A DNA stretch of 64,000 nt from Raillietiella orientalis. Lineage: Eukaryota. The stretch is taken from positions 10,974,001 to 11,038,000 of the forward strand of contig JAYWIR010000001.1 of assembly GCA_036172245.1 (NCBI GenBank). The letters run 5' to 3'. The position numbers were made by a program, and so were the translations under genes. Below, one piece after another: positions 46,763-60,900 of this stretch. The first letter of the stretch is position 1. Every line of letters starts with the position of its first letter. The notes below the pieces were generated by a model. The model was not told where the DNA came from. It searched no databases and saw only the letters and a list, made by a program, of their open reading frames with translations.

Positions 46763-47644
46763 TTGTTTTCCATAGTTCGAGACTTTTCCATCGAGCACAG
46801 GGAGAGAAAAAAAAAGAATGCACATTGCTCGGCACACCTACTTGAATTGTTCATTCTCGAGAACGATTCTGATCTGAGAGATGCCAGCGATGAAGCTAAA
46901 GATCGAACCCCGTCTTCACCTCTTTCGACTTTCAGATTTTCGAGGTTCGATTCGGATTCCATGACCTCGTCCCAAGGAAGCTTGCCTCCTCCATACAGGG
47001 AAAAGATTGTCGGAAAGCAGCTCCCAAACTGAGCTTCAATGTAATGAGTCTACGAAAGCCTGCAATATCTTTAGGCATCCTCCATTCTTGGCTCCCCCTC
47101 ACGAGCTTGATCCGAACTCCATCATTCTAGCCTTTTAAGAACAGGAATCCACGGTGGATCCCCTCGTTTTGTGGGAACGCTCAACGCTCTGTCCCAGCAA
47201 CCGAAACACTACGAGGAAACCATTGCACTGAGCTCTACAAACCACGTGACCATTTTTATATGTTCAGGAGTATCAGCAAGGAGAAAGTGTTTGACTGACG
47301 AGTGTTTGGACTTGGAGAGGAATAGGCATCAGGAAAGGTGGGCAGCACCATGGTTCCTATAAATAAATGAAGGCGACGTTGACGTCGAACAATCATATAC
47401 TTCAAAATGAAAAGGGAGGAAGAGGAAGAGGAAGAGAGAGGGAAGGAGGAGGAAGAGGGGAGGGGAGCGAAGAGGAGGAAGGATGGGGATCGACAGGTTC
47501 ATGGAAAACGGCCTCCATCAGAGCGGGAGATACAGAAGCTCCAGAAGTTCTGTTTCCTCCGCCGACGCAAGGCGCCGAGGTTTCTGCGGAACGCCTCTGC
47601 CCGTATCTCATTCTCTGCGAACATGGGATTCAGGTAGTTGCTTC

Positions 47645-48600
47645 TCCACTTTCCCCTATTCCCACAAGGGGAGGGGTGAATTTATTTATCCCTTTTCCAA
47701 TCACGCTACGTCGGCTCATTCATTTACTACTTACACCACAAGTGTCGCTGTTCAGTTCGTTTCTGCATTTAAGGAACATTGATTGATGTTGCCCGGGCGT
47801 CATCCTCAATCCTCTTCAGGATATAGCGGTGCGTCCAGGCCGGTACTCGTCCACAGTTCCTGATGCCAATCTCCTTTTGAATTAGCCCTTTCAGGATTTC
47901 CATCGGAATGGCGGCTATCCTGGCGTTTTTCATCTTCCACCACCTCACGAGTATGGCGGTGATGAAAAGGGTCGTCCTTACCGTGGGATTGTAGCAGGGA
48001 ACATTTCCATTTCCCTGGAACATCCCAGCAAGTATTTCCATCACTGAACTGGTCGTAAGTCCTGTGATCCTTTTCGAGGTCAGCCAGTTCTGGAGTAATG
48101 TGGGACAGGTTAAGACATGTAGTCTCGTGTCGATGTCTCCACATGCCTTGCAGTCTTCGTCTTCGCGTCTTCCCGTGATGTACTTCATTCTGGACCCATT
48201 AGGATTCCTCCGTAGTAGAACATTAGGAGGTTGTCCTGAGTGTTTGAAGGTAGGCCACTCCTCCAGAGTGTCGTGCCGATCGCTAACAGGTTAGTAGTTG
48301 CTTCTTCACTCGGGTTGTGTTGAGGTATGGAAAGAGGCAGGGGTGGGGTAGGTTTTTATTCAATCTCTCCTCTCCTAGGGAGTCTCTGCGTGAAGAGACT
48401 TAATGCTTGCAGCTCGAAAGACCACCTTTCCGTGCTTCGACGATTCGTGTTCACTCTTCTAAAAAGAGAAGAGGTCCCCCTCTTTTTCAAACTGGCAAAC
48501 ACGAAACGCCAGCTTCCATCCATGGCTCTGAGAAGTAATGAGTATATTAGTTGGCGTGCGACCGCATTACGGATTCTGCTGCCGCTGCAGATCATCTCGC
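47645..48600 (-). mobile_element. Second L1/Tx1-like LINE family, 3' end (zinc knuckle plus 3' UTR)
   Basis: ORF 47769..48188 contains DCKACGDIDTRLHVLTCP (CxxC..H..C) and WWKMKNAR (WxxRN-like). AATAAA at 47686-47681 is followed by a TCCCCT/AGGGGA stem. Not visibly similar to family A at the DNA level. Confidence 0.75.
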
Positions 48601-51600
48601 AGGGAGATTGCCAATAAATGACGAAACCTTCCTCCGGATATTCCCCATCAAAGATCTTGAGGGAAAGAGGAGAAATGCCTCTCTGAATCTGATGCAGTGC
48701 TTTCCCTGCAGAAAAATGGACGCTTTTTAGACGAAATCAAAGGCGTTGATCCTGTTGAAACGAGTAGGGGAGGCATGTGCAAGAGCCTCTTGAGAAGCCG
48801 AAACTTCGAGCAACGGCCAAGATTCGAATTCCTGGGGTTCGATACACTCGAAGGTCAGATCTGGAAGGCCTTCATACCTCGATGAGCTCCGTGAGAAGAT
48901 CAGGAGGCTTGATCCCAAGGGAGCAACACGGAAGACGGTCTTCTAAGGCAAACAGCAACGAGGAAAAGGAGGCTGGCGACAAAGGGGGATACGGAACGCA
49001 AGAAAGGAGGAAAGGAAATGAGGATGAGGAAATGATGAGTATGGGAAGTCACGGCTTCTCCGATCAGGCACCGTATCTTTCTTGAAGGTCTTTGACCTTC
49101 AGTTTCACAGCATCCCTTGGAAGAGCCTCATCTCTCTTTTTCAGCCCCGTCGACCTCCTGCTCCTCCTCCTCGTTCTGCGGCCCATCTCTCTAGAGGTTT
49201 CTGAAGTCTCAGCAGGCTGGAGGAGAAGCATCATCTGATACATCACTTTCCCGGAAAGAGAAGGGAAAGAATGAAAGGGCAACGTTCCATCCCCGTCCTC
49301 TCGTTTTCAAAGCGACCCCACATGTATTTCGTGGTGGCTTCGGCCAGCCCAACCCAATTCGAAGAGGTCTTCCTCCTCCCCATCCTCCCTTTCATCCCTG
49401 AGATGCGTCTCGTCTCAGAGCCAGTGCCCAAGAAGGAAGCGAAGGTTACGCGGAATGTCGTTTCAAGCACCGCTCGTGCCACCCCAAGCAGGCGCTGCGG
49501 TTGGGCGCAAGCCCGCGTTCCTTGCGGACGCTCGTCTCCTCCCAGTCCCCAAGGTCATCTTTTCTTAGGTGTCCCGAGGTTCGTTCCCTCATTCACCCCC
49601 CTGGACACCGAAGAGCGAGGGAGAAGCAGAGATCGGGGAAGGAAGAGGGAGGAGACACAGTAGTGAACTCTACGGCCTCCGCTCGCTTGCCCGCCGATCC
49701 ACCAACGGCCGGCGCCTCGGGCGCCGATCGTTCGCAGTTCTCCGAACTCGCCGCTGGCATCTCCGCTGGAGTCCGCTTCCTTTAGAGAGGCTGGGAGGAG
49801 GAAGGGAGGGTTAGGAGATTCTCCCTCTTTTCCCCCGCGTATGGGCTCTCGTCCCCAGGCTCCTCCACAGCCTGGCTGGAAGAGTGGAGGAAGCGGAAGT
49901 TTCGAGTGCACCGACAGCAAGACGACGTCGACGAGAAGGAATCGAGCCAAAGGCTTTTTCCCCTTCCTCCTCCCCCTCCCCTCTCTCCTCGCTCTCCCTC
50001 CTCTCCCCCTCCCCTTAATTTATCTGCCTGCTCGCTGACAGGCTCGTCCTAGCCTACAGGAGCTTTTCAAGGCTTTCCGTCTGGTTCCGCCGGGCGTCTG
50101 GAACCAACAGGAGGAGGAGGAGAGGCGAACCTTCCCGGATGTCCCCGTCGCGAGCTGCGCAGCTCCGGGATCGGTGGCGCAGCGACTCGCGGGCTCCCAG
50201 CTGGCTTCACGAGACGCTCGCCAGAGAAGGAAGGGGGAGGAGAACGGGAGCAGCGGGGAAAGCGAGTTCGAGAGGAGGAGGTGAAGGGTGGAAGAAGGCC
50301 CTGCGCCCTGCGTCTCCTCGAAGAGGGTCGTCGGCTTTCCTCCGACCTCCATGCCCAAGGAAAGCATCCCGGACGCGTGCGCGCATCCTGCGGTCCCGAC
50401 GCCTCCACCTCCGCCGCTCGTGTGGAGGCGGGGAAGCCCGAGCGCTCGGTCCGGCAGGCCGCCGCCAGTCTTCTCCGGCATTGCCGGCACTGCTCCGGAA
50501 GGGAGAACCCCGCCCTGGGACAAGAGGAGGAGTGATGGGGGGATGAGGGCAGGGGCCGCGGAGGTTCCGTTCTACTATCCTTCCCGAAGCACGGGAAAGG
50601 GAGATCCTTTCCCTTCCTGAGCGCGTAGGCTGTGCCAAAGTGGCAGACTGCGCACTCAGGCGGCCTTTCCCGCCCAGCCAGCGATTCCCACGGAAACCAA
50701 ACCCCGTCGGGAAAACGAAGGGGGAGGAGAAAGAGGAGGCAGGCGTTCAAGAAGCCTTCCGTCTGGAAGAGCTCGATCGCTGCTGCTGTGGGTCATCAAG
50801 GTGAGACGCTTAGTCCGCGAAGGCAAGGGAGTCAAGGAAAGGGAGAGAGGGTAGCCGAGTTTCTCTTTGGCTCAGTGGTCACGCTGTCCTCATTCCTTTC
50901 TAGAGGCAAGCCTCCACCGGGCTGGAGCGGAAGGAGGAAGGGGAGAAAAGGTTATGTCGCGTCCGTCTCCCTTCCCATCCCTGCCTTCCTTGGCTCATGC
51001 CTGGAGCGCCCACAGAAGAAGGATGAGCTGATTCCCGCATCCCTGGACGTCCAGAACTCTCGTTCGCTTGAAAATTCCTCCCTTATACCTACTCGAGTCC
51101 CGTCGCACTTTCTTTTGCCTTTCCTATCCTGCTTATTCACACAGTTCCTCCTCCTCCCGGAGAAAGGGAAGGGGGAAGTGGCGACGCAGAGGCACTCCCT
51201 CATTTCCGGACTGCCTCTGGTAGCTCTCTGCGGATGCGCACGCAGGGATCGCACGTTGACCGAACAGACTGGCGGCGTTACGGGACGAGGCGCGGAAGGA
51301 GGAGGGCGACGAGCTGGCGAACATCTCCATGGAATCAACAAGGCGAGCCCAAGCCACTCCGGTCTCTCAAAGCAGACGAGGCAGCCCTGTGCATGAGGCC
51401 TGCCTTACTCCAAAGATGGGTGAATCCAGCGAGACACCTGGAGAAGACAGCAGACGTGATGTTCTTTCTAGGCACACCAGATATCTCGATGAATGAGGCT
51501 GGGAACGGAAGACGGAAGGGGAGAAGGAGGAAGGCGGCAAGAAGAAGAAGAAAAAAGGAACGGTCTTAGTGCAATGAGGAGTCAACATGGTGTTAGCAAC

Positions 51601-52699
51601 GACAATCCGGGAGAATTGGGAGTCAGAAATGCGCACGATGGATCAGGCGCAACTTCCTGGTACACACCTGGAGACATGGGCATGACAGCGGGTGAGGTGC
51701 AGCTCAAAGTCGGCGCTGGGGCAATGGAAGCTGGCGCGCCTTGCTGAGAACTTGCGAGCGGATGTTGATGCTGCCGTGCTGCATCCAGGAAAAGCTCCCT
51801 CGCTTCCTTCTTTGGAAGAGGAATGATTCGAGATGAAGGAAGGAAACACGGCTTCTCTTGCGCAGAGGGTTCGCGTTGAAGATTCTGCACTTCTTGATGC
51901 TGGTTCTCATCCGCTGGCTCTCATCCGCTGCTGCACGAGACGGGGTTGATATTTTGCTTGCTGCGAAAGGCCAACCCCATCTCGTGGGGAATAGCGCAAT
52001 CTGTCTGCCCCTCCGGGTCACAAAGAACGCATTACCTGATTGGGGAGCGAGGTGGTGTATGACTGCGAGAAACGCGCTGTGCCTTTCATAAACTGACCTG
52101 CCTTTTCACCAAGACATCTGAAGAAACGAGTTCCGGGAGCACCGCGTGTGTCGCTGTGGAAAGCATCCTTCCGAAAGGTGCAACGTGACTCGGTGCTCAC
52201 CAACCACTACTGAGGGCCCACATTTCAAAAATTACGCATTGCTGACTACAGTTCAGCATCCTCTAAGGCTCTGACTGAGGTGGGGATGCATCCATAATGA
52301 AGACCTCTCCAAGGTCGGAATTCCGGCGTTTCCTGGAGGAACGCGACCTACTTCCTGGAAGGACACATCTCCAGCGCAGCTTCACGAGAAGGACTGCAAT
52401 AATCATCCGACGATCCTCTTGATGTCAGAATGGATTGGACCGTCAGGAAACTACGACACGGCCGGTGCACCCGTATCAGGATAAGTGACCCTACCCAGCT
52501 GCAAGATCACGCGCAAAACACAGGAGGCGTTACTCTCCCTTCAGGATTCCTCTGCAGCGCTCAAGGGAGCAACCCAAGGGGACAATGATAAACTGAAGCA
52601 CTCCTGCCATTGACCAGAGTGTCTTCTGGTGCTTCCTGGATTCCCTTCCTGTTTCCTGCAGCCAAAACGTGCCGACACGGACAAAAACGTAATCAGCGT

Positions 52700-53400
52700 A
52701 ACGTGCCTGACCTCTGAAAGGACTGATTTCCTGATTGGAAGGCCCGAGCGGGCTGTTCTTGGGAGAGCAGCATGAAAGACGTTGCGTCTTTCATGCTGCT
52801 TGTTCTGCTGTACGACGAGTTCCGGGAACCGTCCAATAATCTCTCTCGCAACAGGTTCCTTTCCGTTTCAGTTTCCGGACTGCAACTGTGGATTTCGGAT
52901 GCTCCCGGAATCTCCAAATCCACGACTTCCGGAGTCCCTTCCAGAGCTCAAGACAATCCGAAGTCACATAGCAGAAGGAGGGTGGGGCAGCAGGGCTCAT
53001 CATCGCCTTCTGACGTCTTCGTTCAGACGAAATGTTCTCGACCTGGAGGTGGGAAAGGTGCCGTATTACAAACCCCATGTCGAAAGCCCAGCACGCGCGT
53101 GGACTGGAAGAAGTTATTGGCTCCACACAGTCACTGGAAGATTCCCTCGTACCCTTCCCCCGTTTCAGGGACAGGAGGAGGCTTTCAGCTACACCCCTTC
53201 CGTACCGTAGCACGCTCGTAGATGATCTGACCGAGCAGATAGTTGACAGAGATTCACTGTCCACTTTCGTCGATAACGGGAGTCGATAGGAAAGCCCGAT
53301 GTCCAGGCTTTTTTCGTGCGTGTAGTTCCTCCTTGCATCGGGAATTACTATTTGGATTTTCTGAGGGACGGATCTTGCTGAGAAAGGGATGCCAAGGTTT
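52700..53400 (+). pseudogene. Possible decayed NACHT helical/winged-helix remnant
   Basis: SFMLLVLLYDE, LKTIRSHIAEGG, FQLHPFRT and ELLFGFSEG occur in the expected order across frameshifts. Confidence 0.25.
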
Positions 53401-56400
53401 GACTCGTCGTTCTTTGGTCATGTTCATCGAGTTTGCTAGGTGAGTGCCAGACGAGTCACCATTTTTTTTTTTGTGTGTGATGCGTGTTTTCTCGCATGAT
53501 GAAGTGAGGCCTGCCGTTGCCATCGCTGTCGTTGTTTTGCCAAGTCTCGCTGAACAGCCGAATGTTTGCTCTACTGAATGCCCCTGGGCCCACTGCGTTC
53601 TCGACTGCAGTCCTTCGCGTGTTCGTTTACGAGGGAACAGTAAAAGAAAAAGAAAAAACGCGATCAGAGGAAAAGTTTCAACATCTTGCTTGCTTCCAGG
53701 AAGGGAAGAGAGACGGAAAGAGATGTTTTCCTGCAGCGAGGAGCCGTTGCTTAAATCCTCCTCCCTATGCAATTTTTTTTGGCGAAGCCAGGAAGCCCCG
53801 CAACGCTCGTGGGAAGTAGCTCTTCTCCGGTACGGGAGCGCACGGGCACTTCCTGTCCACTCGACTCTGGACAAGTGGTGGCTCTTCGTTCTATCCACGT
53901 GGGACGTTCATGCTGAGGCAGTGGGCCCTTGGCCTGTCAACTTCTGAATGGGCTGCATCCTAAATCTCTGACCGTGAGCACTCTGGTCGGATCCTTCTTA
54001 ACAGGGATGAGGTCCTGATCATCGAGTGGTCACTCTCGGAAGCGAGCTGGGGGGTTGGAAAGGGGTGGATGGGACAAGAGACGAGTCTGGGGTCTTGCTG
54101 AGCTGCTTCGCTGGACGGCTGTTTCTACGAAAGCTGTGTGGGTAAGCTGTGCTGTCGGAGAACTGGAAAACTTCCTCAGCGTAGGAGAATCGGGGAGGTC
54201 CTTTCCCTCTGAGGAAGCGCGAGGAGGGCTGATTTTATCACTCCTTCCTCCCCCTCTCCCCGAACCCGTGGTTCGTGGCAGGTGGCAGGAGGGAAATCAG
54301 TGTGATCCGACCCTCCTCCTGTGGAGCGCAGCTTCCCATTCATGGCCTCCAGAGCCTTGCTGAGTCTCCTCGGAGACACAGAGGGGCTAGCCGTTGTGAT
54401 GAGGTAAAAAACATATACAAACAATCGGGCACTGAGCGCGCGGAGAGATGAGATTGAGAGAGAGCTCTTCTGCCTCTTGCGACTTGGGGCGAGGTGGGAA
54501 GGGGCTCTATGAATACGGAACCCGTTCCGTGCTAATTAAAGAACTCCAAACGACTCTTCGTCCTATTTTTGGTAGACTCCTAACTGTGAATGCCTCACCT
54601 GAACGTGAACGAAGATTCACGTCGAACGAGCAAGCCAATCGGGAAAAGAATAAATCATCCCGAGTGAAGCATTGGATGCTGAATGCGCACCTGATGCATC
54701 ACAGGCGTTTCGTTTTACGAGCCTGGCGTAAGATCTCCGTGTGACGCAGAACGACGACTGAGGGAAGGAACTTTCACCTCTTCTCGCCTTTCGTGAGAGG
54801 AGAAGCTTCCTTTTTTTTCCTTTTCTCCCTTTCCCTGCAGAGAGGAGTTGCGTGGAAACGGTGAGTTTACGTGGATTGATGAGGAAGCTCCCGTCCAGGT
54901 GTGTTGCTGTTAGCTCGAGTGGGTTTCCGAGATCTCGGAAGCTGGCGGCGCGTGCGTCTTAGTAAAACTTCCGGTCCGGGACGCCGGCGGAGGATGAGGT
55001 TTCCGCGGACGCGGTCTGACAGGCCGCTGCCCGCAGAATCCCCAGGGGGGAACCGCGTGCTCCCCATAGACGGGAATTTTTCGGACTCGCGCCGAGAAAT
55101 TCCGCCTTCCTCGCGACCCAATCGAAAAGTCGTCACAACCCAAGAGAGCTCTTCCTTCTGACATGCTGCGTCTCTTCCTGATCTTCCCCTCCAGGTCAGG
55201 TCTCACTCAGCTCTCGCGCAAAACGGAACGATCCCTGCTTGCCGCAAGGGGTGAGCGCCACCGGTGTACCTTCCTCCGCTTGCCTTCCTTTGGATGCCAC
55301 CGCTGCACCTTTCGCCCTAGTCCCCATCCTCGGAAGCGAAGAGTCCTCTCTTCCGGAAAGTGCTTTTATTTCTTTCGATTCCACTCACCGGAAACCTGCC
55401 GACAATGGCATCTGAACTCGTCGGCTTCGAGCAGCCCCAGTCTGCCCCCAGCGGGCAAATAAGAAGAACAGACCGTCGAGGGGAAGCGAGTCTGCATCGC
55501 CGAGGTGACGGAATCCGTCGGCGTTCGCGAGCAGCAGCGTGAAATCGCTTCCTCTGGGACAATCTGGGATGGCGACCTGGATCGTAGCGCCCGAGTGCCA
55601 ATCTCGGCAGCGGCTTGGCTGCAGGCCGTGACCCTGCCCACGCGACGGAGGCCCCCGTCAGGTGAACAGAGCGTCTCCGGGACAACGACTGGGACTCTGA
55701 TGCGGTTTTGGCAACTGGCGCGCCACCAGTCGAAGGACCAAAAAGCACGCCGCCGAAGTGATCGCAGCCCGGAGCGCCGACCTATTCTGGTCAAGCGAAA
55801 TGGTCTCCTGCACGGCAGCCCCGGCGAAGATGCTTGCGCTACGCGGCGCGCTTGATCCGCTCCACGCAGGCGTTCCGCGAGGTCAGGGAGCCCCTAATTG
55901 ATGGCCGTTTTTTTTTTTTTCCCGAGAAGCGGAAGACGCAGATGCTGAAAGGAGGAGGGAATTTTCACGCAGTCTGAGATGTCGCGCCGCTCGGTGACCG
56001 CGTCTGCGACCTCTCTCCGGTCCGACCGCCCTCCTGCAGCGCGCACGAGCACGCAACAGTAACATGCTCCCGAGGATTCCGGCAAGAGAAGGAAGATGTG
56101 ATTTCTGAGCCTTGGAATCGGAACGACGAGCCGACAGACGCGTGACCCAGTCTAGGGCCTAGTCCATCATCAGCTTTCCTTCTCTAGCCTGAAGAAAAGA
56201 AAAAAAACGTTTTCACCCTCAAGTTGAATTTGCCCGAGGCGAAACAGACAGCGCACGGGAATTCCTGCCTTCTCGTTGCGCATTCTTGGCGAGCATTTTC
56301 ATATTTGGAACCGCAGAGCAGCAGGCAAACCTACCCTCGGAAAAGAGAACACAGGCAGTGGTGCTTCCTCCTGAGGGACCGCTTTGGAAGGGTTCCAGAA

Positions 56401-57559
56401 GACTGCTGGGAGAATCCAGACTCTTCCGCCGCCCAGAATGCTGAAGACGACCTTTCCTAACGAGCACCGCGAACGGACCTACGCGTCTCTCTGCGCTCTC
56501 TGCGCCGCCGCCGATGTGCTGGAACGTCCCCTGCAACGCGCGCCGGTCCCGTTATGCTAGAGGCGATCGTGACCCCGAACCTCGCCCTAATGTGGAGGCG
56601 GAATCCTTCCCGTGCCCACTCGGCGAGCCGTGCTGGCCTTTTCGCGTGTGAGGGCGCCCGGCATTGGCCCGCTGCCTCCAGCGGGACCGGTTAAGGACGG
56701 GGTTGGTCATCCGCCTTCCTTGTTGAAATCCACGGGAGGCATCACCATTCCGACGGATCTGAACGCTCAATCCTTCGAGAGCTCCTTGGGATCTCAACGC
56801 CTGGATTACTCAGCGTGATCCCCGAAAGTTTTCGAACGCCGGGAAGGACAAGGAGTGGTGGAGCTCCAGAAACTTCTCTTCGCGCTTCCCTCGGTGGCCG
56901 CGGTTTTCCCGCAGTGTTCCCCGTCTCCTAGGCACCGCCCGTTGTCTGCGTCCCCAGCCTCTCGACGGCGCTGCGGAGATCTCCACATCTCGTACGGAAA
57001 GATCTCTCTCGAGAGACCCATTCGCACGCTCGCGCCTCTTCTCAGCAGCGGAACAGGTAGCAGCCTATCGGGGATTCGTTATCCTGTGGGCGAAGGTCTC
57101 CAGAAGCTTCCCGAGGGTGGCCAAAAAGGTGCTCTTGCTCCCAGGGGTGCTGCGAGCGCACCTAACGAGGGTGGACGAAGAGATGGTCGCGCCTCCGCAG
57201 TGGTCATGTGCGAAAAGCGATCAGGAAAGGCGGTTCGCCCGCTCTTTCCTTTCCTGTCCTGGATCCAGCTGAAAGACTCGGTGGCGCCGCGGCAGGACGT
57301 CGCCTTCGACCATCCTGACCATCCTCGAGATGTGGCGGTCGGTGCAGCTCCGACTTTCGGCATCTTGCGCCAAATTATGGATCTCTCCCTCGTGCGCTCC
57401 AGCACGCCACACCCTCCGGCGATGCGCTGGAAGCGACCGTCTCGCTGCTCCTGCGCTGCTGACACAGGATGTCGGGATTCAGCTTTCCCCTAAGGCAACT
57501 GCCCTCGTTGTTGGAATCCTTGCCTTGGATCCCCTGTCGCCCCCAAAACTGGAACGCCT

Positions 57560-57960
57560 GGAGGCCTGGGTTGCCACTTACCGCTGGGAGATGCTGAACA
57601 GGACTAGACGCAGTGGTTTCCGGTAACTGCTTCGCTTCTTGCCGCAGCATTGTCTGCCCTCGGGACCAACGATGACAGCAGCGGGGTTGGAGGGTGGGAG
57701 GAGTTTCCCTCGAACTGTCCGAGGTGCGGAGCAATGGGATTGTTCCTACCCGCCCTCTGTTGTGCTGCAGAGCTCTCGAGGACACTGGGAAGAGGCGATT
57801 CACCACCCGGAGGGCACCGCCCGGGGACTTGCTGCAGAGATTCTTCACGCAAGGATGGCTGGCGGCAGGTGTCATGATCGCGACGAGATGCTGCATCCGC
57901 GGCCATGGTCGCATCCGTGACGGGATGTGGGGGCGCAACCAATGGAGGCCCCACAGGCAT
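57560..57960 (+). mobile_element. Family A-related LINE C-terminal fragment
   Basis: SNCPRCG and GDLLQRFFTQGWLAAGVMIATRCCIR match RDLMRRFFTPGGLSLGAVVATVCCTR of the 63.3-63.8 kb copy. May extend left to ~56.9 kb. Confidence 0.65.
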
Positions 57961-60900
57961 GGCAGCCGCCTTGACGAGGACGGCCTCGAGATGGCGTCTC
58001 ACCCGCCAGAAGAAGAAGAAGAAAAAGTCGCCAAGGAGATCGCCAGCATTCAGCACCAGCTGGTAGGAAAGAACCAAAGACGAAACCAAAGACGGCTGCT
58101 GAAAACCAAAGACCCCCGCCTTTTTTCCTTGGTACCCCCTATTTCCACTCAATTTATTGCCCTTCCCTCCTTCTCCTGGTTCCCTTGGAAGCCGACCTTC
58201 GTGCCGGTAGTCATCCCCAATGAACTTCCTTTCATTTTTTTTTTTTGGCATCTTCTGTATTTAGGGGACACTGTTCCCCTGATTTGTGGTTTATTTTTAA
58301 ATAAACGTGACGGAGCGACCAAGTACAAATCCTCTGATGTTTCGACCTGTTCGCCGAGTACAGGATGAGGTCCTGTTGGCACGGATGACTTGTACCAGGG
58401 CGGTCCCGTCCTTCATTCCGTCAAGCCGCTTCAGGCCAGCCCACGTGGGCAGCTCACCCACCGGATGGCCCACAACTGAATGCATGAGTGGATGACTGAG
58501 AGGCTGTAGGTCGACGAAGGCATCGTAAAAGTCGATCAAGTCAGCGTCACGAGCACCCTTCGCCGGTTTTTGTTTATTTATTTATTTATTCCTCTCCCCA
58601 CACCAGTTCTCAGTGCAGTCAGGTGAGGAATTTCTGGAAGGCTTCTGGCAGGGCAGCCGTCTAGAAGCCTCAAGGGACTAGGAGGAAAAAAAGAAGAAAG
58701 AAAAATACTCTGTTCCATTCATTCTGGTTCATGGATGGAGTGAGAGCATTTCTTTTCTGCTTCAGAGGCAAGGGCGAACAGGTCGAAACCCCAGACGAAT
58801 GGATGCAGATGGCAGCAGAGGAAGAGAATCGAGGAAAGCGAAAACGAGGCGGTGCCGCTGAAGTGAGGCGGCAGCGGCGCTTTCCAGAGTGCTACGCGAG
58901 AGCGGGGTTGAGCTTTTCCGTGACCACCTTCGATCCTCAACCATCTGCAGGAAAGGAAAAGGGAGGCGCTGGGGCTGCCTGGTTTCAGAGCATGTTGCCT
59001 TTCCGCTCCAGAGAAGAGGAGGAGTCTGCAAATTCGGGTGGAGGAGGCAAGGGTGTTCGGTGACCACGCAGGACGGGAACGTTTTCTCCTCGCAGCGCCG
59101 ACAGACAGACGAGATGGCGCTCACGAAGCAGACCGCCCGACGGATTTGTTCCGAATCCTTGCGGCTCCTGCAGCAGGAATGGACTTGAGATGACGAGGGG
59201 TAAGAAGAACCTCTGGTCAGGTCAGCAAAAGCATGACCGTGGAGGAGAAGTCAGGTTTCGTGGTTGGTGGTCGACCCGGAATCGGTCAGTCGGATCTCGA
59301 ACCTCATTCCACTAAGACGTTCTGAACCACCGCCAGCCATTACTGGAATCTGTCACTCAGGGAACGTTTCTGACTTATGCTTCGGTTGATGTCCGCCGAT
59401 TCACCCAATTGCATCATCAACCGCACGGCAAGAATAGAAAAAGAGGAGAAAACGAAGAGGAAGAGGAAGAAGGGCGGGTTCTTTTTCGACTTTCTTCTTT
59501 GCCTGCAAAGAGAAGGAGAGGATGAAATCTTTTAGCTTCTCTTGTCCGAGTGGGTCCTCCAGACGGAATTTCGAGGACCCGTTCTTCTTGGTCACGATCC
59601 GGTGCCTTGACCCCTGCTTTTTGCCGCGCGCTTGCCCATCCCGAGGAGGCGGCCTCCACAGAACGGAAGAGGAGACGACAAAAGAGTTGGCGGGAAAGAA
59701 ACATCACCTCCGCCGCCGCCACCGCCGTCACGTCCCAGATGTTATCGGCACTTCGACGTCGAAATCCCGTTCCTGTGCAGTCCCTCTTCGTCGTGTGGGA
59801 GCATGCGCTCTCCCGTCCGATCTTCTCGGCTTCCGTGTGGCGGCGACCTAGTTCGTGGCTCGGCTTTCGGCCAGTTTTTTTCTTTTTTAAAGGAGGGAGG
59901 GGAGGGTTTTTTCCCTTTTCCTCCTTTTTCATCCCTCTCTTTCCTACCTCTCGAGTCCCCGACGAAGGGTTTACGAAGTGACAAACCCTCTGAGTTAGTT
60001 CTCTTCCCGAGCCCGGATTGCAGCCTGGGTCCGGTCCCCTCCGAAACAACTTTCACTTTCAGTCTAGCCTACCTTTTTTTTTTTTTTGATCCATCCCGTT
60101 TTTCCTTTCCTCTCTCCGAGAGAGGACCGACTCTCAGTACGCCTAAGAGGAGACCCCGGGGCGGAAACGCCGCCGTTCATCAAGGGCTCCCTCTTTCTGG
60201 CTCAATGAAACTTGACCTCCTACGCCCCGTTCATTGTACTACCATTCACTGCTTCACTCCTTCCTTTCCCGCCGGGCCATTTATCTTCGAGAATCTCGCC
60301 TGCTGTCACCGATCGCTTCCAGCCGCAAAAGCTCCAAGGGGTTACCTGAATGCTCCGGAGGAGACAGACAGACGCCCGACGGAGTGAGGCGTCTGGGAAC
60401 TGTCCTTCCTCTTTTGGAACGGGGGAGGACAGCCTCCCCGGAGTCGCGCTCCACGCCGGAAGGCCACGCGCGGCGCGCTGGAGGCAGGGGAAGGGGCCAC
60501 GTTTGCCCTCCCTCCTTCCGCCCTCGCTCGAGCCTTGAACCGGGGAGGTTCCGGGATAGAGAAGGGGGGGATGGAAGGGGAGCGGTTAGGGTGGACGAGA
60601 AACGCGAGGTCCGCCGGAACGTGGCGGCATCTCGTGGTCGATGGGGACGGAGGAAGATGCTGCATCGCCCGGCTTCTCCTCCTCTCTACTCCCCTCCCGA
60701 GAGCTGGGATAGCAGAAGCGAGCGTTGAGGAGATCTTAGAGCATACACCAGGACAGCTTCCTCCTGCTCCGGGTCGTTGTTCCTGCTGCACCGGCCGGGA
60801 GTCGGACAGCCAGAGCGATCCGCCTTCGGAGGACTGCAGCGCTCCTTCCCTTTTCCCCTCCCTCTTCCTCGCGAAGCTGCTGCGAGACCCTGCAGGCACT

